A stretch of DNA of 64,000 nucleotides from Azolla caroliniana (GCA_043228905.1 JBHGNT010000003.1:12524001-12588000); one strand, 5' to 3'. Shown: positions 39,423 through 52,860, counted from the stretch's first letter. Numbers and translations: made by a program. Notes: generated by a model not told the origin, from the sequence alone.

Positions 39423-40899
39423 CTCTTCATCCGGTTCTCACCGGGTCTTCACCATCCGGAGGGACCTGTTTCCTAACAAACTCCCCCTTCACTCCGGCAT
39501 GGGATGTCTTACTAGTCCGATCCGCTTCCGGCATGCATCCAGCTTGTCGGGTATCAGTACTTTGGTCAGCATATCTGACCCGTTCTCGGCCGTGTGGACC
39601 TTCGTCAGCGCGAACTCCTGGTCATCTACTCTTTCCCGGATCCAGTGATACCTACGCTGGATATGCTTCGTCCGGGAATGGTAGGCTGCATTCTTAGCAA
39701 GGTGGATGGCACTTTGACTGTCGCAGTAGAGCCGGTATTCATCTTGCCTGATACCGAGCTCTCCGATGAAGTCCTTCATCCATAATATTTCCTTGCCGGC
39801 TTCCACAGCCGCCATGTACTCCGCCTCCGTGGTTGACAACGCAACCGTCTTCTGCAGCCTCGACTGCCAGGTAACAACTCCCCCTGCATATGTCATTACA
39901 TACCCAGATGTAGATCGGCTAGTATCCACATCAACTAACATGTCTGAATTGGTAAAACCGTCAAGTTGAGGTTTACCGGAGCCGAATCGGAGACACATAT
40001 TTGAAGTGCCCTTCAAGTACCGGAGTATCCATTTGACCGCGTTCCAGTGCTCCTTGCCGGGATTGCTCATGAACCGGCTCACCACTCCGACTGCGTATCC
40101 TATATCTGGTCGAGTACACACCATTGCGTACATTAAGCTCCCGACGGTAGAGGCATATGGAACTTTCATCATATCAGCCTTCTCTGCTTTCGTCTTCGGG
40201 CTTTGCTTACCGGATAACTTGCAATTTGCCGGAATTGTCGATCCGACCGGTTTCGCATCTGACATGTTGAACCGTTGAAGCACCTTTGTCACGTACTTCT
40301 CCTGTGACAACCACAATTGCTTCGATGGCCGGTTCCGGATGATATGCATCCCCAACATCTGTCTTGCCGGACCCAAGTCTTTCATTGAGAAGGTCCGGTT
40401 GAGAGCCTTCTTCAGCATCCGTATTTTGACTTGGTCCCATCCGACAATCAACATGTCATCCACGTACAGAAGGAGTATCAGGAAGTTGCCTCCTTCGAAC
40501 TTCTTCACAAACACGCAGTGATCGGCCTACGTCTTGTGGTACCCTTGATCGGTCATGAAGGAGTCGAACTTCTGGTACCCTTGATTAATCAGTAGTTGGG
40601 ACCCACGTGTAATAAAATGTAACGGTAATATTGTACTTTACCGTTAAAAATAAAAAAAGAGAGAGAGAAGATAGTCACAACTATTAAAAGGTGTTTATGC
40701 ATGCACAAACTTCAAGATCAAGCACACGCGGCACCACGATGTCACACAAGCCAATGAACCCTAGAGCACAAAAAGAGAGAAAAAGAAGGTTTTTTGCACA
40801 CTACAGAAAACAGACTAACTCTCCTCGCCCTCCTCGCTCCCCACCATACCACAGAGTCCATGATCACCATAGTTTGAGAGCTTCACCTATTCTACAGGA

Positions 40900-42117
40900 G
40901 TCTCTTCCACCCACAATGTCGGTCCCCATCTCTGTAGCTTTACACAGGTGGCTCCTTGAAAAGGGTTTTGAGGGGTACATCAGGGTTGCTGAGGAACCAT
41001 CACACCCTGATGCTCTCGACATCGTCAAAAAGCTCAACGTGGACACTGTGACAAACGCCACCATTCGGAAAAAATTGGACCTATCTGCGATTGGGGAGAA
41101 ACACTTCGACATTCCCCCTACAGAAATCTAGAAGAATATTTTGGGGAATACTCCGTATCAGCCAAGGCATACAGAACGAAAGATATCTTGAACCCATTCT
41201 TTCGGGAAATAGCCAAGTTCCTACTTGAGGTCAGTTGCGTGCACGTCAACATGTACGGGATGCCGAAACAGAAGGCATGCATTATCATTGATACATTCGA
41301 AGGGCGCGCAGTAGATTGGGGAGTGATTCCGAGACCAACGCTAAGAGAGGGCATGCACACATACCAGGTCGGCAAAAGGCTAAGGCCGATTATACAACAG
41401 TACCTTACCATATTGTTTCCGCCTCGCGGTCTGCCTGCCCCACCACCCAATAAACCTACGCCTCCACCACAATCCGCGAAATGACGGTTATCGGAATTGG
41501 CAACCACAGAATGGGAAGAGGAACCACAACCTTTGCACCCTGTAGCGCAATCATTGCAACCGAAACAACCAGCAAGGCCGATTGAAGCACCAACAGCAAC
41601 GACTGAGCAAGAAACGGAACAGAGCCACGAAAGCCCCAGGACAAAATGACGAAGTTTAGATCGAAAGGATGGTTGCAGACTGGTCAAAGACACAGCTGCA
41701 CCAATCAACACTTCCGCCCCTACGGAGCACATAACTACATTGGAGATAATCCGGGAACCACATCCGATCATTACAGCTCAGTCGCAGCGTGGCAAAGGAG
41801 TGCTCACAGCGGAAAGCGAAGTCCTCAAGTATCCATACATCCCGGATACAGCCCATGAGTTTGGCGCACTGTTACAATTTGGGACAACTTACGAACTCAT
41901 GGAATTTTTGGCGACACAACAGATCAAGGTTTCCCAAAGAATGGCCGAGGAGCACGCAAAACAGCAAATGATTGAGCGTGCGCTGACGAGAACGACGGAA
42001 AGTGACGATGAGGGACCCCTGGCCAACATAGGCAAACAACGGAACGCAAGGATTCGCCGCATGGGCATTGAAGATGCATTAAAGAAACGCATGCCACAGT
42101 TCACGCTAGGAGCATAA
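40900..42117 (+). pseudogene. Disrupted unknown ORF, probably a gypsy accessory ORF, followed by LTR-like sequence (TATA at about 42138)
   Basis: Contiguous ORF pieces (WLLEKGFEGY, FEGRAVDWGVI, Pro-rich linker) broken by stops and a frameshift. Confidence 0.45.
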
Positions 42118-42581
42118 CGGACTAAAAGCCCTGTGTATATAAAGGGCGGAAATCCTCTGTAAAGAGCTAGCGTGTATTTTTGGCGCTACCTTTTGTAATA
42201 CAGTACTATCTTCTCTGATTCCCATGTCTTTGTAAGTCGTCTACTGCTTCGGTGTAGTACCCCGTTGGTAACTGTGGGCTAGTAAGTGTAGGGTAAGTGT
42301 GTATATGATGAGATCACGCACTGGTGAGCTTCGGTTGTAGCCGTCTCCCTTCACGTCCAAACGATACGCTTCGCGCACCTACAATGTTCCTAATCGGTAA
42401 CACTCTTCACATGCTCGACATAAGCGCAATTCATTCAAGATATGATGACATATTAAGAGGGAGTGATAACTTAATTGCCATACTTAAACACCATCTAGAA
42501 AGTTAACTCATGTGTGTATGCCTTATTCACGTAAAGAGACTTTGTGCTTCAACGTATGAATACCCTTTTTTAGGAAGGAGA

Positions 42582-42899
42582 TAGGGATCGGCAATGGCAA
42601 TGGCTCGGTTCAAGCCTAAACCGGTTTTAAAAGGCTTAGCGGCTCGGCTTGAGCCGTGCCAAACTGGCTCAAACCGGTTAAGCCATTTATCTTATTTAAT
42701 AATTAGGGTTTAGAAAGATAGAAGGTAGAACTTAGAGAGATAGAGAGAGACTGTTGAGTGACGAGTCTCCACACAAACGTGAGAGAGAGGGAGGAAGCCA
42801 TAGGAAATGATTGTTGAGTGACGCATCTCCACACAGAGGTGAGAGAGAGAGAGAGAGGAAACCATAGGAAACGACTGTTGAGTGACGAGTCTCCACACA

Positions 42900-42943
<44 letters not shown>

Positions 42944-43506
42944 TGAGAGAGAGAGAGAGAGGAGGGAGGGAGGAAGCCTACATAGTGGACGACAACGAGG
43001 ACCTCCTTTTTATATACATTGTTTCCTCTTTATGTACATATAAGTGAAAACTTAGTTGAAGCTCCAATTCTCTCCAGATTGGACCTAGGACATAGCGAGC
43101 TCGACGTAAAGATGGTTGAGGGATGGGCAATAACAATCAAAAAGGTTTGGGAAGGGTTACATCGATTGATCAATCATAGCAGTCTACAGGAAGGAGTCGT
43201 GGAGGTGGGACTCGGAGTTGACTGACTCATCGGTGGTAAGGCAGAGGGGGGTGGAAGTTATGAGGAGGAGAAGAAGAGTAGGATGAAGGGGTAGTGATGT
43301 TTTTTGGGTTTCATCACATCTCCAAAGGTTTTTTTTCCCAAACTGGTTCCCAAACTTATTCACGAACCAATTCCCAAACCAGTTTATGGATCGGTATGGT
43401 TTGGTTTGGTTTAGGTTTGAGAACCCCAAAACGGTTTAGGCTTAACTAGTTTGGTTTGGGTAAGGCTAAACCGGTTAAGCCTAAACCGAACCATTGCCGA
43501 TTCCTA
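42582..43506. mobile_element. Non-autonomous hAT element
   Basis: TIRs TAGGGATCGGCAATGG / CCATTGCCGATTCCTA (15/16); 8-bp TSD GAAGGAGA/GAAGAAGA; AAACCG subterminal repeats; internal (GT)n and three copies of CTGTTGAGTGACG. Confidence 0.88.
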
Positions 43507-44572
43507 GAAGAAGACACATATCAAGAACACATGTATGCTCAAGTTCCATAGGTTAAAACTGGCCTCTTTATGGACGATAAAAAATTCTAAATTCTAAATT
43601 ATTGTAATGAGATGCTGAAATTTTGTGATGTGATCCTCTTGCTTAGTGATATCAAAACGCTTCACATCTTGCTTAGTTTTAATCTCTTAGTTTCTAAATC
43701 TTACTAATCAATTTCTAGATTATGAAGTGTGAACCAAGGGAAACCTATATCTACTAATTTTAATTTAACAGGAATCGGCTCTAGTATCTAAGCAACCTAG
43801 AACATGAACTTCATGGGAATGAGATATACTTTTTTGTACTTAAGTTGAAAGGACTTTGCTAGCTCACTTGGATAAAAAGGAACAAGTGCTAGGAACAAAC
43901 TTTAAGGATCTTGGGCTATCCAACCAAATGGATTCAATTTTAGTTGGAATCATTTGTTATATCCTCTTCTAATTGACTTAAGACTTCAAATCTATTTTAT
44001 ATGCTAAGGCTACTACAATTCTTAGTCATATCTAATGAATTAGACTCAAGTTTATCAATAACAACACTTCGAGAGAAAAGTGAGAAGAAGATCGTTAACA
44101 TTATTATGTAGCCCTTATTGAATTTACCAACACAAAAGAACAAGCTGCAGCCAAGCCTAGGCTCATAATGAGACAAGTCACTACATCAATAATAGGAGAG
44201 GATATTGTTGCATAGAGCTTCCCAACAGAAGGATCAAGATGGAGGATGAGAGAAAAGCATAAGTAGATATTTAAACAAGAAAGTAGAGATTCACCATCTT
44301 CTCCTAAAATAGGAAAATAAAGAATACATTTGGAATGACTACGAAACTCCTTTCTTTTCTCTATCGTTGTAAAGACACTTCAAAGTTGGCCCTCTTCAAA
44401 GAAAGAACATCAAAATCATGCATTGGCTTTACAATATGAAAATCACAAGCTTCATTTTGGCTCATATACGGTTTTATTAACAGCTCACTCCAGGATCTTT
44501 ATGGACAAGTTTTCTTGCCTATACTTAAGTTCAATCATCAGAAAGAAAAAATTGGGAATATTGGAAGAAAAG

Positions 44573-44847
44573 TTATCCTAATTTTTCTATGACAGCATCA
44601 ACCATTTCTTGGGTTTTACTGTTGCCACCAATATCCTTTGTGCGGTGAACACCCTCCTTGATCACACTCATTACTGCCTGTTCGAGCCTATCAGCAAAAG
44701 CTGGGAATCGTAGGTGGCGCAAGAGCATAGCCGATGACAAAAGCAATGCAGTTGGGTTCGCCCTCTTCTCTTGTACCAGCTTCTCGTTGCCCACATTACC
44801 TGCTGACGCTCCTTGCTCAAAGATGGCATGCTCTGCACCCACATTGC
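44573..44847 (-). CDS. IDH1: NAD-IDH regulatory subunit, exon 4 (terminal)
   Basis: TAG acceptor at 44850-44848; GNVGAEHAIFEQGASAGNVG...ANPTALLLSSAMLLRHL...TAA at 44575-44573; exons sum to 1299 nt = 432 aa + stop. Confidence 0.93.
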
Positions 44848-44931
44848 CTACAGATACAAGGGCCATATCAACATTGAATGAAAGGCCCTTTTTGCAAAAG
44901 TACTGAACCAAACCTCAAAGAGATAATTTAC

Positions 44932-45010
44932 CTCCAGGCATTACCCCTGTTCCGCCAGCTATACCTGCTGCCGTATTCGCAACAAGAGTTCCATACAGGT
45001 TCGGTGTTAC
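44932..45010 (-). CDS. IDH1: NAD-IDH regulatory subunit, exon 3
   Basis: CAG acceptor at 45013-45011; VTPNLYGTLVANTAAGIAGGTGVMPG-G; GTAAAT donor at 44931; 79 nt. Lacks the YGDIISD aspartates of catalytic subunits, so regulatory type. Confidence 0.93.
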
Positions 45011-45170
45011 CTGTGCAACCAGCATGAGACTTGATTTCATAATGACCCCTTTTTGGCTTGAGAAAACATAGAACATACCTTGATAAAGCCATATAATTAC
45101 TAGTTTTAACAAATGTGATTTCTTAGGAACATCAATCATACATTTCCAGAAACTCACCTACTTACTTATG

Positions 45171-45268
45171 TGTAGGTATAATTTTTTAATTTATACATTC
45201 ACAACCACAGGGTTATGCTGAAGGACTAGCCACTTGCAGCGAACATCCTTCACTGAAGGATGTTTGCT
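45171..45268 (-). mobile_element. Probable 5'-truncated LINE/SINE 3' end with a long target-site duplication
   Basis: 30-bp direct repeats 45141-45170 / 45269-45298 flank about 98 bp containing a 14-bp-stem hairpin and an A-rich tail on the minus strand. Confidence 0.55.
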
Positions 45269-45298
45269 CATTTCCAGAAACTCGCCTACTTACTAATG

Positions 45299-48200
45299 TG
45301 TAAGGTGATATCCGTGGGACAAAAGGGATACAATGTGAAACGAATCTAAGGATACGAGTAGGTAAAGTAGGTGAAAAATGACAACCGAGAATGAGGAAGG
45401 TAATGGAATACGTGCAGCAGAGAATGAAGGCCGAGAAGAAAGGATTGACTGAAGCGCACCAAGCAGAAAGGGAAGCTATAAAACGAGGAGCAGAATCGGA
45501 GAGAGAAAGAGAGATACACTAGTCTAGGGAGGATTACTGTTATCTGTCTGACTGTATGAGAAATTAGAATAGAACTCTGGCCGTGAGCCGTGTAACCTTT
45601 GCATCTGAATCTATTAATATATCTATCTATCTTTGTGGGTCTAATCTGTTCAAGCATATATCTGTGTTATTTGGATTTGCTATCTTAATTTCAAGTACAA
45701 TTTACAAGGCCGGTTGTGGCCGACTGTTTTTCGAAATCAACTAGCCGTGCAATCCCTGGTTTCTTGTCCACCACTACTTACCACGACCCCTTGACCCGAT
45801 TACCTTAGAAGGAATCGAAGGTGTTATCTCCGATCAGAGACCAACACAATTTGGCATGCCCAATTCACGTTGTGCAATACAGTGAACAACGTAGGTGGAA
45901 ACCCCAGCCGCCATTACAACGCCCAATCGCACCACGCATTCTCGGCTACCCTCCCGCCGCGCCGAGCCAGCCGAGGAAACTGCAGACTCTGCCGCGCTCA
46001 CATAGCAATCATCACCGGAGCCCCCGGAGTCACACCACTCGCCAGTAGCGGTCACTGACACACAGTCGCACATAGGCTCTGACCTCGCCGCACCTCTGAG
46101 TCCTCCCGAAGTTACCCAAGCCGAGTTCAACCCCTTTCCGGCGTTACCAGAAGACCCGGACTTCGACACCATGCCTTACCCGTATCCCCGTTATACAAAT
46201 GGCCCTAACGCGGAGTCTCACATTCGCTCTTTTGTGTCTACTTGGCAAGCCAACCATTTGACGCAGTGTCTCAGCGCTGCGGAGGTCGATGTCTCCAAAA
46301 TCGCCGAATTCACACTATCCCTCAACAGACCCTCGACATTTCAGGACGTTCGCACTCAATTGCTCGAACTTTTCCACCGCAAAATACCTAAGCGGGAATT
46401 GCTCCGCCAGTTCTACGCTATATTACAGGAACCGCATGAGACGGTTTCTCAATTCACGATCCGATTTCAGGATCTCTATCGGCAACTCGCTCAAAATGTC
46501 TCCACGAATCATTTAAAAGACATGTTCCTTGCTGGCCTCCGGGGGCCCCTCCACACAACTCTCACCTTGTCAAATTTTTCCCAACAAACCATCGAGCAAG
46601 TGGTTGCTCGCGTCCTCGCAATAGATAGAGCCCAGCATAGCACTTCTTTTTCGATGGGCCCACTCCAACACGCTTTGCCGACCCACGAAGAAACCCAGTT
46701 TCAACAAGCCCTCCAATGCACAACGTGCACCCAATCCGGCCACTCGGCCGTGGATTGCCCTCTTCGCCCACACTGCCCAATCTGCCATTCTCGGGTGCAT
46801 ACGGTCGAACAATGTGAGGACAATATGCTTAATCGAACAGCCTCTGCTCCTGTACAACAGATCGACCCACGTCATGATCACGCTCAACAGGATGATTGTC
46901 CCCCACCACGGAATAGGGACGCCGAGAGGCCTTGGTACGGCGATCGGCATCCCCAAGACGACAGCTAGCGACCCGAGCCGGATCGTTATCGCCGAGATAA
47001 CCAATACCGACCGGAGGAGCCGCCCTATCTCCTAGATAATCAACCGCGACCCAAGGAAGATCACTACCGATATCGCAACGACCGCTATTGTCCGGACGAC
47101 GACTATTACCGCTATGATTACAACCAAGAGGACTACTACGAACCGAGGTATCCACAGCACGACCGATGGCCTCCCTATAATAATCGCAGACCCCCACCCT
47201 AGGACAATAATCAACGACCCTTCGACGGCACCCCTGGCCCAAGTCTCGAGAAAATACTCCTCATGCCCAGACCTACGCCTCACCGGCCCAAGAAGATCAT
47301 CCCTCACAAAATCAAATATCCCAATTCGAGCAAGGGGAATCTAGCAACTCGGCACCAGTAACATGCTTTAACTGCAACCAACCAGGGCTTTAACTGTACA
47401 CCTAGCAAAGCCGGGCATCGGTCCACCATTAATAGACCCAAAACCCCGCGGTTAAGTTGGTAATCAAAGGCCGCATTGTTCACGGCTGTATTCTCGATGG
47501 GGGTTCGGGTGTTAATGTCATTAGTGAAGCTACATGTCACGAACTCGGCATCACCCAATGGGAGCCATGTCCGTTTTGGCTCCGAATGGCAGACACCCGT
47601 TCCATTTGACCAATGGGGTTAATCCACCACTTGCAGTTCATTCTCGGAGGCCACACTTTCCCCATCTCAGCGGTCGTGTCACGCCTCGATGCTCCCGGGG
47701 CATACCCAATGCTGCTCGCCAACATTAAGCAGCACAAGCAGCGGAATATTATCTCCTTCCGCTGCGGAAAAACTAAGATCCATGTCGTCACGGAGGAACG
47801 GATCGCAACTCCTCCCGATGCCAGCCCGTTATATGCCGAAGGAGTCCACATGCTTGACGACCTCACGGATGAAGAAATGGACCACTTCCTCGAGGAACAC
47901 CCCACGATCGTTCCTTTGTTTGAAACTGATGTTCTCACGGCCATCGAACCGTACATATCCGAGCCGGCCCCTAAAGAGAACGAGGATCCGCACGAACCTG
48001 ACCCACAGTCCATCGAAGAGTTATGACATGCCGCCACGCGCTTGATCGGGAATTTGTTATCTCTCAGAGAGTCAAGGCGTCCACACTAGAGGAAATTAAT
48101 CTCGGTTCCCCCACCGAGCCACACACCCTTAAAATCACGAAAGAACTAGCTTCAGAGGAACGACCAGCCCTGGTTGGGCTGCTGACTGATTACCAAGATG

Positions 48201-48840
48201 TCTTTGCCTGGTCGTACAGCGACATGAAGGGGCTCGATCCCCAATACTACCAGCACCAAATTCACCTCCAGCGCAATGCACGACCCGTGCAACAACGCCG
48301 CTACCGGATGAATCCCAATTACACGGCTAAAGTAAAGGAGGAAATCGACAAACTCCTCCGAGTAGGGTTCATTCGGCCAGTAAAACAGGCAACATGGTTA
48401 AGCCCTATTGTCGTAGTTCTGAAAAAGAACGGGCAAATCCAAGTTTGCGTCGACTACCGCAATCTCAACGCGGCAACTGTTACAGATGCCTTTCCTCTTC
48501 CGTTCACAGATGGCGTCCTTGACGCGGTGTCTGGCCATGACGGGTTCAGCGGCTATAATCAAATCCGAATGATCTGGACAACCAAGAGAAAACAGCATTT
48601 GTCACTAAATGGGGCATGTTCGTGCCAATCGTGATGATGTTTGGTTTAAAGACAGCTCCGGCCACTTTCCAATGAATTATCGCCGAGATTTTCGACAATT
48701 ACATTCTGGCCTTTATGCAAGTCTTTCTCGATGACTTTGCCGTGTATGGCCAGAAGAACGAGCACCTCGGGCACTTACGCATTTGTCTAGAGCAATGCCG
48801 GCAAGCTCGGCTAAGCCTAAACCCAGCCAAGTGTGCTTTC
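45299..48840 (+). mobile_element. 3'-truncated non-chromovirus gypsy inside IDH intron 2 (LTR, PBS, gag, PR, RT)
   Basis: LTR about 45299-45848 with CTATAAAA; PBS TGGCATGCCCA 45852; gag 46171-46968 with two Cys/His knuckles; ILDGGSG; CVDYRNLN; FLDDFAVYG. Confidence 0.85.
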
Positions 48841-48989
48841 ATAGAGCAACTGCACTACCATGTCATGGGCATTGACTCAAGAAGGAAAATGGGTCCAATG
48901 CAACAACGATTCTGTTGGGATTAAATGCCCTATGGGTTTATCCAATTAAACTAGAAAAACGTTTCTATATAATTTAATATTTTCGAATT

Positions 48990-51290
48990 TTTGGGAGAGT
49001 TGTATAGTCTCGTTTTTGGAACTGTACTACAACTTCTAAAATAATATTTTGACACTGAACAGGATTCCAGGACAGGGTTTCCACTCAGCATTAAATACAT
49101 ATTTATGAGGCCATGACTTAGCTGTCCAATCAGCATTTAAAGCCCTTCTTGTAAGAGCATATTCTATGTATCTTGAATAGCACATATTTATATATGTGTG
49201 TCTGCACTCCACAGTTTTTTGAAGTTGTGGGCTTTTGTTTAGCATAACTGTTTCTGCTTTCTGTAATCTCTCCTATGTGTTAGTTTCTATATCGTCATTG
49301 CTCAGTCTTCCACCTTGAATAAGTGGGAGTTTTGTTTTTCGTGTCTGTTCTGTATTCCTTCTTTTACCATGGCAAATACATCAGCCAATGTTGGGGTAGA
49401 ATTCAGGAAATTTGACAACAATAGATTCAACTTATGGAAGGTTAAAATGGAAAGCACACTTTACTTCCAAGGATGTGCAGAAGCATTGGAGGAAAACAGA
49501 TCAGCTGGTATGGACGATGCAACTTGCAAACTGCTCAATCGTAAGGCAGTTCCACACATTTACATGGCAGTACCAAATGAAGGGGCTGACTATTGGTCAT
49601 AAGTTATGGACCAAGTTGAAGACTATGTATGAGTCAACTACTACAGCGAATCAAGTGCACGACTTGAAATCTGCAAGTAAACACATTTCCAAATTCAGTG
49701 GTGTACTCAATCAACTTCAAGATGCAGGATTGCAAATCTTCGATGACAAAATGAAGGCAATCTTCTTACCCATGACATTGCCTGAAACATGAGAGGCTCT
49801 TGTAGTCTCACTCTTAAATAGTGCAAGTCTTACATTTGATGGAGTAAGAGGAGCAATCCTTAATGAAGAAATCCATTAAAAAGCAAGTGGGGAGTCTTCT
49901 AGTTCTATCAACAAAACAAGAGGGAAGGCTGCAACAATGAATTGGTCAATGCAAAGGTACATAAACAAAAGCAAGGGGAAACAAATCACTTGCTTTCAGT
50001 GCGGCTGTAAAGGCCATAAAAAGGCTAATTGTAGATTTACAAACAAGAGCTTGAAAGAAAGAAGTAGAATCAAAAAGATACAATAGAAAAGACACATGAT
50101 GTGTGTAAAAAATGCAGGGATCTTAGACTAACTCTCACACAGCAAGATCACTTAGAAGACTTAAGGAAATATCAATAGATTAGGGAAAACGAGCACTGAG
50201 TACAAAGATGTAGAATGGTTTATATAACTAGTTTCCACAGGTAGGTGGAAACCCAACAGTCACTTTATTAGGTTCACACTATTATAACTATATTCACACC
50301 TAACAGCTACTTAACTAGGTTCATACTATTCTAAGTATGTTCACACCCAACAGTTACTTAACTAGGTTCACACTATTATAACAATGTTCACACCAAAGCT
50401 TTCATAGGATACACATTAAGTGTAACAATGTGCACAGCAAAGGAAAACAAAGGGAGAAGGAAAATATAGCCTCTAAAGTCATCATTGAGGAGATTCTTGA
50501 CATTGACATATTGTGTGTTGCAAATATGAGAATTACTGATACAACTTTAGTAAATATATTGTTAGCAGTACAAGATTGTATTCTGCAGACTTGGATGATT
50601 GGTTATTGTGCATCCTTTCATTGCACTCGTTATAAGGAGTGCTTCCTTTCATTTTCTGCAGGAAACTTTGGGAAAGTTTACCTCGGCAATAACTATACTC
50701 ACAACATCGAAGGACTTCACATTGTTCAAATGGCCATGGGGAACGGTCAAGAGCTAACACTAGACCAAGTTCGTTTTGTTCTAGGGATTAAGTAGAGCTT
50801 CTTGTTTGTGGGACAACTTGATTTATAATGCTATTCTACAATCATAGGTGGATCTTGGAAGATTGTACGTGATCCAAATCTGATTGCCCAGGGCAGCAAG
50901 AGAGGTACACTATTGCCTCCCAAGTCAAGCTCTTCTTGGTCAATACATTGCGATTACAAAAGTAGAAAATGGTGTCGAATTGTGGCACAAAAGATTAGTC
51001 CTTGTACATTCTACTCTCTTCTTAGAAGTCGATTTTGCAACGACTGCCTTTATGGAAAAAAAGTGAAGAGTTCTTATTATGGTGGTTCTTCCTAGAACAT
51101 AGTACCACTTGAGTTCATACACTTTGATTTATGTACTATGCCTACTAAATCCTTCGGAGGCACCTTAACATTTAATAACTTCCATTGATGATTACTACAA
51201 AAACTGTTGGGCATATCTAGTAAAGGATAAGACTTGAGTGTTTCCTGTTTTCAAAATATTTGATGCCTTTATTACTACTCAAACAGGTTA
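48990..51290 (+). mobile_element. Degenerate Ty1/copia 5' half in IDH intron 2
   Basis: gag ATG 49369 (KFDNNRFNLWKVKME), CCHC near 49990, PR-like WMIGYCASFHCT, ELWHKRL, integrase start; left boundary approximate. Confidence 0.75.
50104..50427 (-). mobile_element. Solo LTR containing a short tandem repeat of about 48 bp
   Basis: TGTA...AACA ends; TSD ATGTG on both sides; removal restores the host reading DTHDVHSKG. Confidence 0.85.
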
Positions 51291-51299
51291 CTACTCAAA

Positions 51300-52860
51300 A
51301 TTGGGGAACGTGGGTGAAATGGTTGTTTGGTAGTTAAGTGACTCTTGTACTACCAAACAGATACAATAAACTAGGAATAAGGGAGAATATCGTGGAAAAA
51401 GTGGAAGGGAAAGAAGGCATTTAAAGCGTTGCAGGTTCTAGAAAGAGAAGGCATTTAAAGAGTTGCAAACTCTAGAGAGAGAAGAATCTAGGAAGAGAGA
51501 GATAATAAAGATGAAAGAGAGTGCAAGTGTGGAGTTGGCACCCTCCAACACATGTCTGGAGCTGCCACTCTCCAAAACCTCCGACGGTCCAACATTGAGT
51601 CGACTGAGGAGTTGATCAATGGCTTGCCATGAAAGTGTCTTAGTAAACAAATCGGCCACATTTTCTTGAGTAGGACAAAAGGCCAAGTTGATGACTTGTG
51701 ATTTCACTAATTCACTAAACCCAAAACATTTAAATGAGAAACTAAGGGTTTTACACCTGTAAATGCTTCTACAGGGGTCATTGTAGCAAATGCTTTTGTT
51801 GGGCACCGGTTGATGATGTAGACTGTGGTGTTGACAGCTTCATCCCAAAACGAGAGAAAAAGATCAGATTGAGAGAGCATTGTCCAAGCTATCTTTCGGA
51901 CTATCCGGTTCTCCCTTTCTACCACACCATTTTGTTAAGGAGTATTGAGCATAGAAAACTGGCGAGCAATGCCTCATTGAGCACAAAAACGGTGCAAAGC
52001 TTGGGAGATAAACTCTCCACCATTGTCACACCTGATCTTTCAACATTTCTTTGATGTCTTGTCTCCACAAGAGCTACCCATTCTTGAAATTTGCTGAATG
52101 CTTGAGATTTTTCTGCAAGCAAATAAACCCAACACTTACACGAAAAATCATCAATGATAAGCATTTAGTAGCGTGAACCACCAAGAGTAGTGGTTTTCAT
52201 TGCGCAATAACTCCAAGATAAACGTTACATGGCGAGTGGTTTGAGGGGGGGAAAGGCTCTTGATGTTACTCGCCATGAAAACAAGCAACACATGGGGTAT
52301 TGGGAGTTTTGAAAGGAGGAAGACCTTCAACTCGCAGCAACGAGTAGAGCCTTCTTGTGCCACCAACGCATAACAGCCTTGAAGAGCCTTGAAGTACAAG
52401 AAGATGAGATTTTTTCCAAGGGGCTGTGGGAACTTTTCAGGCAGTATAAACCCCCTTATTGTGTGCCACTAGCTACAATATGTAGGCTGTTAGTGTCCAT
52501 GACTTCCAATTTTGTAGCCAGTCAGGCTGAATGTGAGTGATCCTTGTAGCCACAATCATGACAAGTGAGTTCCTTGTAGTTTGGGTTGTTTGTTGGTCTT
52601 GGATTGGTTTTGTTGTAGGAGTTGGCTATTGTGCTTCCACTTTCCTTTACTTTTGGCATGGAGAAGCATTTCATTAGAAGTTTGAGCACTTTTTTCCTTG
52701 TGGGCTTGTCTTGAAGCATGCCAAGAAACGTATTCATATCATGAATCTTGAGGTTTGCTAGTTGACTCTCAATAACTATCATTTGAGCATGATTAACACT
52801 ATGATACCTGTTTTTTATGGTTGTCATCCATTCATCTTGACATATGGATTCCAAATCTAG
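51300..52860 (-). mobile_element. Highly deleted Ty1/copia remnant in IDH intron 2
   Basis: IIDDFSCKCWVY, FWDEAVNTTVYIINRCPT, ENVADLFTK, PPT-like TTGGAGGG at about 51548-51541. Confidence 0.7.

Larger units (their letters stand above)
33516..40585 (-). mobile_element. 5'-truncated Ty1/copia (RT end, RH, PPT, 3' LTR 39478-39423 + 34134-33516), host of copy 2
   Basis: ORF 39489-40514 LLYVDDML...RHPMPE; PPT at about 39481-39491; CCGG-rich U3 tandem repeats of about 53 bp. Confidence 0.88.

Noticed and set aside
44848-45157. ORF-track starts at 44911 and 45157 as separate genes
   Set aside because: Intronic read-through into IDH exons 4 and 3
45226-45267. Helitron 3' end (hairpin then CTAG-T on the minus strand)
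   Set aside because: The segment is flanked by a 30-bp direct repeat and continues into an A-rich tail; Helitrons make no TSD, so a retroposon fits better
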